Source of the DNA: Firmicutes bacterium UBA1191
GTDB taxonomy: Bacteria; Bacillota; Clostridia; Peptostreptococcales; Anaerovoracaceae
Length of the DNA: 64,000 bases
NCBI GenBank assembly: GCA_002310095.1
Contig: DBYH01000018.1
Coordinates: forward strand, 435-64,434
Direction: 5' to 3'
Under the pieces are notes generated by a model, which ran no database searches, was not told where the DNA came from, and was given only the letters and a program-made list of their open reading frames with translations. Shown in pieces: positions 33,001-39,946 of the stretch; the first letter of the stretch is position 1, and every line of letters begins with the position of its first letter. The position numbers were made by a program, and so were the translations under genes.

Positions 33001-34066
33001 CCATGCCATCGTTTCCGGCAGCGCATACGCAGAGCACGCCTATCTCTCCGAGTCTGCCGATTACTCTTTCTTCGACCTCGTTATATTCTTCGCCGCCGAA
33101 TGAGCAGTTCGTCGCAACGACGTTCTCCCCGAGTTCTTTTGCTTTATACACATAGTTGAAAGCCGATATTATATCCGCGTCTTCTCCTGACCCTAAAAAG
33201 TCCAAAACCTTAAGGGCCATGATCCTGACATCCGGGCATACTCCGGCTATTCCCTTGCCGTTATTAACGGCTGCGCCGATTATTCCCGCGCAGTGGGTTC
33301 CGTGCCCATTGTCGTCCTTAGGATCCAGCGGGTCAGAATAGCCACTGGCGAAATTGAATCCGCATGATCCCTTGAGCGCGTTTCCGTAAGGATTCTCCCA
33401 CATGAGACCTTTCAGGTCCTCATGTGTGTAGTCGACGCCTGTGTCAATAACCGCAACGATCGGCTCATCGCCGGTCCCGCTGTTCCCCGTGTCTTCTGGC
33501 CACTTTGACGTTACACCCGCGCCGGGATATTCCCCCATGGACCACTGGTACCCGAAGTAAGGATCGTTTACGTCATAGGCATGGCGTATGTAGTTAGGCG
33601 ACACAGCATCGACCATGTCCTCATCCTTCAGTTTTTTAACCATTTTCTCGGTGCTGAGACTGTCCGACTTCGCGAGGGCGACGGTCATGTCGTCTCTACC
33701 GTTCTCATCTCCAAATACCCATATATCATCACCGCTGACGCTGATTGATTTTGTTAATTCGACCTTGGCGCTTTTTTTACCGCCTTTTGCAAGAGCGTCG
33801 ATGGATTCTATCTTCCCGGCATCCTCGTCGCTCAGATCCGCCGAATCGGAATCTTTGAGCAGAACGAGAACCTCTCCTTTTTTAGCTCCCTCGTCTTCCG
33901 ATCCGGCGTATTTGCCCGGAGTAAAAGATGATCCGATGTGACCTTTATGCTCCGGCGCCGTCGCACTCTGGTCGTCTCCCGTCGCTGCCGACGCGTTCAG
34001 TCCCGCGAATGGCCAGAAAGCCACCGCCATCATGACTGCCAGCAGCAAAACCAGTGCTCTTCTCAT
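30077..34066 (-). CDS. Secreted S8 serine peptidase, tandem paralog (copy 2)
   Basis: Same architecture: VAVIDTG, NGHGTHC, SGTSMA, Kelch-like LFMLGG...VYKYNASKKTW and a near-identical C-terminus. Start set at ATG 34066 after GGGAGG. Confidence 0.88.
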   Translation of the reverse strand: MRRALVLLLAVMMAVAFWPFAGLNASAATGDDQSATAPEHKGHIGSSFTPGKYAGSEDEGAKKGEVLVLLKDSDSADLSDEDAGKIESIDALAKGGKKSAKVELTKSISVSGDDIWVFGDENGRDDMTVALAKSDSLSTEKMVKKLKDEDMVDAVSPNYIRHAYDVNDPYFGYQWSMGEYPGAGVTSKWPEDTGNSGTGDEPIVAVIDTGVDYTHEDLKGLMWENPYGNALKGSCGFNFASGYSDPLDPKDDNGHGTHCAGIIGAAVNNGKGIAGVCPDVRIMALKVLDFLGSGEDADIISAFNYVYKAKELGENVVATNCSFGGEEYNEVEERVIGRLGEIGVLCVCAAGNDGMDIDGGGAYPACYDCDNIISVAATKKVGEKAELASYSNWGKEDVDIAAPGTDILSTVSYDCFNPTLYGTDEAITKIYLSGSEDDADTIRGLTYKNIDPSEITYDETVGLFGKGSIKIHFDPAAIDKTNYKWQYFAIPYELPADYDPKDQDVVSSIAVRFSDGPQIGFDAVIGKYDRAMLLDVPLYLIDLSEDNPYREEAEKFLKRTSLDIAADFGIDEVAVFGESDYWQHLQVGRSWNNITPGLEEYDPGKDRQRAVLVIGDPGEGEFTINVDDIGVSQCVSDWSVFGQYDIYSGTSMATPCVTGAAALIAGTGGDKSAETIKNELLATANDSNSLMVKTGGALDFGNDNGFWINISSASVDTAKEQVILNGAFNVGEGSLDVKIRKTGDGTPWEDVPKAAIVGERTDSKITVENNGWINNCVDILVTGTKDGKTKTASMSEVYLVKGKKQYDVLAEDVYVLSSDAALTTDGRKIYAADSTGDHICVMDPKNIADGDIEDEVIFTKDLVKKYFDVPAESTPGSPFDFRFGDDIVLIGNTVYVKGSFCEVKGDGFEDEEDEYGGDEYEDESETFPDSSKPAYSEETALFSVNMQSGEVKKIKNPEGAELPTDSKLASFNGSLFMLGGFNEKDKQLSKKVYKYNASKKTWTAAADMPAGRAGGKVLQSRGSLIYTLGYGAESEVKDQSSDPVVPANYVFDGNGWTEGNTGLKPVYREMYKQATVTRGGSKYLDIRGSVGLCRDGLVYMDTPVADYGDTFIYDVKNDKYKSTKWNYARNLYEVMNVYDYDSPFTGIAIGRDLFGFDSMGSILKVKNAVDSALLKVSAAGAKGGRITGTGDYLYGATCTVKAIAKPGYYAKSLSVSGAKAKTVSKGLSASFAVKKDAEAKATFAKLKVKVKSKITVKAGKSKKLKAKITPSAAAKQWKLAYKSSNTKYAKVTSKGVVKAKKAGKGKTVKIKIMLKGTKKVMKTVKVKIK

Positions 34067-34111
34067 AACAGCAACCTCCCTTTTAATCATTTTTCTACAG
34101 TCTGGTAGCAA

Positions 34112-35146
34112 CTACTGTTTGTTTATCTGTTTGCGTCTGGCCTCTTCATCTTCATCGTTCTCCCCCTTATCCGGAACTCCGCCTGTGAGTATGTCCTTGA
34201 TGGTCGAGATGTTTACGTCGTCCGGATCCATATCGAACTTGCTGTTTCGGCCGTAAGCGCGGTTTCTGAACCACTTTATCTCCTCGATCTCTTCAGGGAT
34301 GTCCCGTTTGCTGTACGGATGACTCGTGTCTTCGATGACCTTGTTGCACATAATGCCGAGGATGATGACCCATGAGAGCAGCAGGAACCAGATCATGAGA
34401 GCGACTACCGATGACAGCGCGCCGTACATGATGTCATAGTTCACAAGACTGCTGGTATAAAACGTGTACGCCCAGCTTACGAGCAACATTCCGACGGAGG
34501 CGAAGATCGCCCCCGGCACGACGGTCCTGAAAGGTTTTCTGACCGTAGGGAGAATGTAGTAGTTATAACCGATTATAAAGAAATAAAGCACAAAGCCCAA
34601 AGGCCACCTGAGCCACATCCAGAAACTGTCGACGAATTCCGTGTGCTCAACATGCAGCGCCGTAAGGGCTCCGATGAGTATGATCTTGCCGTAGCAGAGG
34701 ATCACTATCGCCACGACAAGGCTTATCATAGTCAGGAGCATGGTCAGAATTGCACGCGCCCTTTCTATGAAGTAGTTCTTTCCTGTGTTCTTGCCCTCCG
34801 TCATCGTGTAGTTGGTGATTCTCGAGATGGCGAAGGACGCTCTCGATCCCGCCCAGAAGGCGATGAGGAGGAAGATGATGTTTCCGAATCCCAGGGAGCT
34901 GAACTGGAAGAGCATGCTGACAACGCCGGATATGCGGTTGCCTGTATACTGCTCGACGATGTTCAGAGCCGTCTCCATGCTGATTCCCAGAAGACCGAGG
35001 AACTGAATGATAAGAATGAGCACCGGCACTACCGACAGCATCAGATAAAAAGAAATCTGCGCCGCGAATCCGTGATAGTACGGGTCCTGGATCTGCTGGA
35101 ATCCCACTATGAACATTCTTTTGAATCTGTTTATGAGACTAGTCAA
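34112..35146 (-). CDS. YihY/virulence factor BrkB family membrane protein
   Basis: AAQISFYLMLSVVP, PGAIFA, YDIMYGALSSVVALMIW, multiple TM helices. Probable TTG start overlapping the rdgB stop. Confidence 0.85.
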   Translation of the reverse strand: MTSLINRFKRMFIVGFQQIQDPYYHGFAAQISFYLMLSVVPVLILIIQFLGLLGISMETALNIVEQYTGNRISGVVSMLFQFSSLGFGNIIFLLIAFWAGSRASFAISRITNYTMTEGKNTGKNYFIERARAILTMLLTMISLVVAIVILCYGKIILIGALTALHVEHTEFVDSFWMWLRWPLGFVLYFFIIGYNYYILPTVRKPFRTVVPGAIFASVGMLLVSWAYTFYTSSLVNYDIMYGALSSVVALMIWFLLLSWVIILGIMCNKVIEDTSHPYSKRDIPEEIEEIKWFRNRAYGRNSKFDMDPDDVNISTIKDILTGGVPDKGENDEDEEARRKQINKQ

Positions 35147-35783
35147 TTTCCTGCTCCAGTTTCTCATGCAGCGCCTGCAGAGCTCTGGCCCTGTGGCTGA
35201 TCGTGTTCTTGATCTCCTGTCCCAGTTCGCCGAAGGTTCTGTCATAGCCTTCAGGAACGAAGAGCGGGTCGTAACCGAATCCCGCGCATCCCCTCTCCTC
35301 GAGGATCAGATGTCCCTCGACGGCGCCTTCTGCCACTATGGTCCTGCCGTCAGGAAAGACCATGGTGATCACCGACACGAACCTGGCCGTTCTCTCCTCG
35401 TAAGGAAAGTCCTTTATCAGGCTGATCAGCTTGGCGTTGTTATCCCCGTCGGGAGTATCGGCACTGTCTGCCTTTGCATTATCTTCATCCGGCCACAGAC
35501 CCTCGAAACCGCCGAAGCGCGCCGAATAAACGCCGGGCGCCCCGTCCAGACAGTCGACGACAAGACCGGAATCATCGGCCACGGTAATGCGGCCGCAAAG
35601 CTTCATGATTTCATACGCTTTTATGTACGAATTTTCCTCGAAAGTCTTCCCCGTTTCGGGAATTTCGACAGGCGGAACACCGGCTTCATCCCTGGAAATG
35701 ATGTCCATTCCGAATCGGCCGGTAATCTCTCCTATTTCTTCGATTTTGTGTCTGTTTCTCGTCGCTGCTACTACGGTTTTCAT
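35139..35783 (-). CDS. rdgB: RdgB/HAM1 non-canonical purine NTP pyrophosphatase
   Basis: ATRNRHK, ETGKTFEENS, ADDSGL, GAPGVYSAR, GFGYDPLF, KNTISHRARA. Confidence 0.95.
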   Translation of the reverse strand: MKTVVAATRNRHKIEEIGEITGRFGMDIISRDEAGVPPVEIPETGKTFEENSYIKAYEIMKLCGRITVADDSGLVVDCLDGAPGVYSARFGGFEGLWPDEDNAKADSADTPDGDNNAKLISLIKDFPYEERTARFVSVITMVFPDGRTIVAEGAVEGHLILEERGCAGFGYDPLFVPEGYDRTFGELGQEIKNTISHRARALQALHEKLEQEID

Positions 35784-35896
35784 ACGTTATTATTGTACCA
35801 CATGACCGCTGGACTTTCCACATCGGCTATTGTACAATTAATCAGCCAAATTCAGGCAAAAGCAGGCCTGCGCGCCTGTATCTACGGAGGCAGAAA

Positions 35897-36814
35897 ATGA
35901 AGGCTGTACTACTCGACGTACACACAATAAATCCCGGAGATCTGAGCTGGGACGGGCTCGCCGCCATGTGCGATGATTTCACCGTTTACGACAGGACCCC
36001 GGACGATATGATTGCGGAGCGAATCGGCGACTGCGACATGCTGTTCACAAGCAAAAAGCAGATTACCCGTTCCATCATGGAGCAGGCTCCGAATCTAAAA
36101 TACATCGGCCTGACCGCGACTGGATACAACAACGTGGATGTGAAAGCGGCAGCGGACCTCGGAATCGCCGTCACAAACGTCCCTGCCTACGCCACCGACG
36201 CCGTGGCCCAGCACACTCTGGCCCTCATGCTGGAGCTCGCGAACAACGTGGGACTGCACAATGTTTCCGCTCACTCCGGAGAATGGGAAAACAGCGAGTA
36301 CTTCTGCTACTGGAAGAAACCGATAACCCTTCTGGCAGGCAGGAGCATCGGCATCATCGGCTACGGCCAGATCGGGCGCAAGGTTGCGCAGATCGCCGAA
36401 GCCTTCGGCATGGACGTGAATGTCTACAGTCAGGACCGCGACGCCGCCGTGAAGTCGGATTTCGTGTCCCTTCACTGCCCTCTCACGGACGGAAACAGAC
36501 ACATGGTGAACGCAGAATTCCTGGCGGAGATGAAGCCGGGGTCGTTCCTCATCAACACAGCCCGCGGAGCTCTTGTGGATGAGGACGCTCTGGCAGAGGC
36601 ACTGAAGTCGGAACATCTTGCCGGTGCCGGACTGGATGTGCTCGAAAACGAGCCGCCTCTTCCTGATTGCCCTCTCATCGGTCTCGAAAACTGTGTCATT
36701 ACGCCGCATAACGCCTGGGCGCCAAAAGAGATGCGCGCCATGGTCATCGACGTGCTCGAACAGAATCTCAGAAGCTGGTTTGAAGGCGGAACACTGAACA
36801 GACTGGATCTCTAG
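35897..36814 (+). CDS. D-2-hydroxyacid dehydrogenase (glycerate dehydrogenase-like)
   Basis: ATGYNNVD, GIIGYGQIG, SLHCPL, LINTARG, GLDVLENEP, ITPHNAW. Confidence 0.92.
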   Translation: MKAVLLDVHTINPGDLSWDGLAAMCDDFTVYDRTPDDMIAERIGDCDMLFTSKKQITRSIMEQAPNLKYIGLTATGYNNVDVKAAADLGIAVTNVPAYATDAVAQHTLALMLELANNVGLHNVSAHSGEWENSEYFCYWKKPITLLAGRSIGIIGYGQIGRKVAQIAEAFGMDVNVYSQDRDAAVKSDFVSLHCPLTDGNRHMVNAEFLAEMKPGSFLINTARGALVDEDALAEALKSEHLAGAGLDVLENEPPLPDCPLIGLENCVITPHNAWAPKEMRAMVIDVLEQNLRSWFEGGTLNRLDL

Positions 36815-36832
36815 ATGCCGCCTTTACCGGGG

Positions 36833-37303
36833 TCAGATCAGCGGCAGGATCACGTAGTATCCCAGAATTCCGCAACCTATTCCGATGAGGGCGCCCGCGA
36901 TGACGTCACGGGGGAAGTGGACGCCGCCGACGACTCTGCACCAGGCGAGTAGAGCGCCGGCCGCACCGACTATGACGCCGGGAACGGGCCACACCCAGAA
37001 CACCGTAACGGCAATTACAAAAATAGAAAAAACATGACGGCTCGGGAAGGACTTTCCCGGGGCGTCTTTTTTAATGATCGGCGGTTTGGCGCCGGGCATC
37101 TCGTAGGGACGGGGCGCGTTTATCCTGTCCCGGAAAATGCTGAGCAGCACAAAGGAGATTCCGGGCACAAGAACAGCCGGCACGAAGCCGGGATTCTTGT
37201 CTGTCAGATGATAAACCGCCAGATATATGAGCAGAAGCGGGTACAGAGCGTACACCGCTTTTGTCAGAACTGAATTAATGACGATGATGGCTTCAGGCTT
37301 CAT
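36833..37303 (-). CDS. PAP2 family membrane phosphatase
   Basis: R...APRP, SFPSRH and RVVGGVHFPRDV motifs with TM helices. Confidence 0.88.
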   Translation of the reverse strand: MKPEAIIVINSVLTKAVYALYPLLLIYLAVYHLTDKNPGFVPAVLVPGISFVLLSIFRDRINAPRPYEMPGAKPPIIKKDAPGKSFPSRHVFSIFVIAVTVFWVWPVPGVIVGAAGALLAWCRVVGGVHFPRDVIAGALIGIGCGILGYYVILPLI

Positions 37304-37728
37304 TTTTCCCGGCTTTCCTCGTTTGTCCTGCTGAATACTTCGTAAACCTCAGGCGCGGCCTTCTTGATGACGATCGGCTTGAAGCTCTTGTCCGTGAACC
37401 CGTGTCTGCTCCAGCCTTTGGCGTGCAGCTGACCTGTCTCGGCGTTTTTTACCTCGTACTCCAGTTCGAAAGAGGCGTGAGACAGTTTCGTCATCCTGCA
37501 GCTCAGGGAAATGACCTCATCGTAAACGGCCGGCACTTTGTACTCGGCCTTCACGCTGAGCACAGGAATGTAGACCCCCATCTCCTCGATCTTGTCATAG
37601 GGAAGTCCCGCCGCCCTGATGAACTCGGTCCTGACGGTCTCGAAGTATCTTATGTAATTAGAGTGGTGCACTATGCCCATGGTGTCGGTCTCATAGTACT
37701 GCACCCTGTATGTCATCTCATGATGCAT
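37300..37728 (-). CDS. Acyl-CoA thioesterase (YbgC/4HBT family)
   Basis: YRVQYYETDTMGIVHHSNYIRYFE hot-dog fold signature. Confidence 0.9.
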   Translation of the reverse strand: MHHEMTYRVQYYETDTMGIVHHSNYIRYFETVRTEFIRAAGLPYDKIEEMGVYIPVLSVKAEYKVPAVYDEVISLSCRMTKLSHASFELEYEVKNAETGQLHAKGWSRHGFTDKSFKPIVIKKAAPEVYEVFSRTNEESREK

Positions 37729-37746
37729 ATTATCGGTCCTTTCAAA

Positions 37747-37768
37747 GCAAAGGCAGGACTGCCTTTGC
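37747..37768. repeat. Perfect inverted repeat of the GCAAAGGCAG motif
   Basis: GCAAAGGCAG-GA-CTGCCTTTGC occupies much of the gap between two genes. Confidence 0.9.
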
Positions 37769-37769
37769 G

Positions 37770-37973
37770 TCAGTCTTCAAGCGACTTGTAGTAGAGCATG
37801 CAGTGGCAGTAGCCCTCAAATTCCGGATCGGCGATCTGGTCGCGGAACTCCTGGCACATGCACTTGTTTTCCTCAGTGCGTTCGATCCTGCACGGACAGT
37901 AGCCGCCCGTCTTCTCGAGGCCTTCCTTTATGGCGTTGACGATCTCCTGATTCTCGTTAAGTCTTACTTTCAT
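37770..37973 (-). CDS. Ferredoxin-thioredoxin reductase catalytic subunit-like protein
   Basis: 67 aa with CPC, CMC and CHC motifs (GYCPCR, KCMCQE, YCHCMLY). RBS GGGAGG. Confidence 0.8.
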   Translation of the reverse strand: MKVRLNENQEIVNAIKEGLEKTGGYCPCRIERTEENKCMCQEFRDQIADPEFEGYCHCMLYYKSLED

Positions 37974-38032
37974 CTCATTTACCTCCCGATACGCATATTA
38001 TAAAGCATCACATATTGATATCAAAGGGCAAA

Positions 38033-38224
38033 CTATTCGTCCTTCCTGCCGCCTGTGCTTATGATTCCGAATGCCGTAACCGCTACGGCCATGCCCAGGA
38101 CTGAAATAACAGTCAGCTTTTCGCCATAAACAAAGGCGCCGAAGAGCATCGCCGCGACCGGCTCGCTCGATGTCAGGATGGAAGCCTTTCCCGCTTCAAT
38201 GAATCTGAGGGAAACATTGAGCAT
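38033..38224 (-). pseudogene. C-terminal fragment of an EamA/DMT transporter (or small 2-TM protein)
   Basis: 63 aa that match only the last two helices of an EamA repeat (AGKASILTSSEPVAAMLFGAFVYGEKLT). There is no room for the rest of the gene before the bioY promoter. Confidence 0.6.
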
Positions 38225-38238
38225 GCTGTATTATATCA

Positions 38239-38267
38239 TTGACAGAGATCTTTGTTGGTGCTATTAT
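38239..38267 (+). promoter_or_regulatory. sigma-A-type promoter of bioY
   Basis: TTGACA(38239-44)-N17-TATTAT(38262-67) with extended -10 TG. Confidence 0.75.
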
Positions 38268-38272
38268 CCGAT

Positions 38273-38301
38273 TGTAAACCAACATTATTTAATTGTTGAC
38301 T
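38273..38301. promoter_or_regulatory. BirA operator upstream of bioY
   Basis: TGTAAAC-N15-GTTGACT resembles the Firmicutes BirA palindrome TGTTAAC-N14..16-GTTAACA and lies just downstream of the promoter. Confidence 0.75.
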
Positions 38302-38337
38302 TTCAGTCGACTCAGAGGCCCCGCGCAGGAGAGGAAT

Positions 38338-38895
38338 ATGACACCAAAGGATAACAGTACGACATCTAAAACCTACGCCATGACGACCATAGCGCTCATG
38401 GCGGCGGTGCTCTGCGTCCTGGGGCCTCTTGTCATTCCTGTCGGCCCTGTACCAATTTCTCTGGTGCCCCTGGTGATTCTGCTCAGCGTCTACATTCTGG
38501 GCACGAAAAGAGGAACCATCTCGGTCCTCCTCTATCTGTTCATAGGAGCTGTGGGGGTTCCCGTATTTTCCGGTTTTGCCGGCGGCTTCGGCAAGATCGC
38601 GGGACCGACCGGCGGGTACATGCTCGGCTACATCTTCATGGCCCTCATCGCGGGATGGTTCATCCACCGCTTCTACGACAAGGTCATTATTCAGTTCTTG
38701 GGGATGTTGCTGGGACTTTTGGTGCTCTACGCCTTCGGAACGGCCTGGCTGTCCATTTCTGCCGGCATGAGTTTCAAGGCTGCCCTTGCCGCGGGCGTGC
38801 TCCCTTTCGCCGCCTTCGACATCGTCAAGATCATCATCGCGATCGTCCTGGGGCGGACAATAAAAAAGCGGGTCCCATCTTTGAACCAGATGTAA
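38338..38895 (+). CDS. bioY: Biotin ECF transporter S component BioY
   Basis: GPVPISL, YLFIGAVGVPVFSG, GPTGGYMLGY, VLPFAAFDIVK. Start at ATG 38338 after GGAGAGG. Confidence 0.93.
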   Translation: MTPKDNSTTSKTYAMTTIALMAAVLCVLGPLVIPVGPVPISLVPLVILLSVYILGTKRGTISVLLYLFIGAVGVPVFSGFAGGFGKIAGPTGGYMLGYIFMALIAGWFIHRFYDKVIIQFLGMLLGLLVLYAFGTAWLSISAGMSFKAALAAGVLPFAAFDIVKIIIAIVLGRTIKKRVPSLNQM

Positions 38896-38915
38896 ACCCG
38901 CGTTTCGCCGCCGTT

Positions 38916-38945
38916 GAGGCTGTTGCTTTTAGCAGCGGCTTTTTT
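38916..38945 (+). terminator. Intrinsic terminator after bioY
   Basis: GAGGCTGTTGCT-TTT-AGCAGCGGCTTT stem (with G-U pairs) running into a T-tract. Confidence 0.6.
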
Positions 38946-39885
38946 ATTTCTTCTCGATTTCTGCAGCAGGATCCTTTGACGGAAGCTGGGCTACCATTAT
39001 TGCCGCGAACATGATTACGCAGCCGATAATTTCCCTTGCTCCCATGGTCTCGCCCAGAAGGATAGCCCCGGCGATTACCGCGAATACCGATTCCAGACAC
39101 AGCAGCATCGAAGCCAGAGTCGGCTCTACGTCCTTCTGTCCGACAACCTGCAGTGTGTAGGCCACGCCGCAGGACATTATGCCCGCATAGAGGATCTCGA
39201 ACCAGCCGCCCTGGATGTTTGCCCAGGTCGGCAGGGAGAAGCCGAGCATCGGATCTATGACGAACATGAGTATGCACGAAAGCCCTCCCGCGACGAAGAA
39301 CTGTATGCATGAGAGCTTGACCCCATTCGCCTTCGGTGAGAAGTGGTCTATTGTCAGGATGTGGATCGCGAACATGAGGGAGCACAGAAGCACTATCAGG
39401 TCGCCCTTGTTGATGTTTCCGAATCCTCCCTCCGCCGGAATGCAGAGCAGGTAGAGTCCCACCGCCGAAGCGATGACGCACGCCCAGAATACAGGACGGA
39501 TCTTCTGCTTGAGAATCAGTCCCAGAAGCGGTACGAGTATTACGTACAGAGCTGTGATGAAGCCCGTCTTGCCCGCGGTCGTGTAAACCATTCCTATCTG
39601 CTGGATGTTTCCGGCCGCGCAAAGAGCGAGCCCGCAGCATATGCCGCCGATCCATAGGGTTTTCTTCTCCTGTGGAGTCTCCTCGTGATACGTGCCTTTG
39701 CGCTTCGCCGCCTGTGTCATTATGTATATGACAGGAAGCAGCGCGATTCCGCCTATAACGGTACGGATTCCGTTGAAGGCCACCGGAGGCATCGAATCCA
39801 TGCCGCTCTTCTGCGCGACGAACGCGGTACCCCATATGAGAGCTGTCGTAAACAGCATCATGCTGCCGCGAAGTTGTCTGCCCAT
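38944..39885 (-). CDS. DMT/EamA family transporter
   Basis: IWGTAFVAQKSG, TTAGKTGFITALY, AYTLQVVGQK, LESVFA, ~10 TM helices. Confidence 0.9.
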   Translation of the reverse strand: MGRQLRGSMMLFTTALIWGTAFVAQKSGMDSMPPVAFNGIRTVIGGIALLPVIYIMTQAAKRKGTYHEETPQEKKTLWIGGICCGLALCAAGNIQQIGMVYTTAGKTGFITALYVILVPLLGLILKQKIRPVFWACVIASAVGLYLLCIPAEGGFGNINKGDLIVLLCSLMFAIHILTIDHFSPKANGVKLSCIQFFVAGGLSCILMFVIDPMLGFSLPTWANIQGGWFEILYAGIMSCGVAYTLQVVGQKDVEPTLASMLLCLESVFAVIAGAILLGETMGAREIIGCVIMFAAIMVAQLPSKDPAAEIEKK

Positions 39886-39946
39886 ATTACCACCTGATCT
39901 TCTTTCCTGAATTACTAACTATAACAATCTATCTTCCCGCGGCCGG

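Noticed and set aside
26032-34066. Protease pair as a mobile or genomic island
   Set aside because: No integrase, transposase or flanking direct repeats are visible, and copy 2 is closely spaced behind the rdgB-yihY genes.
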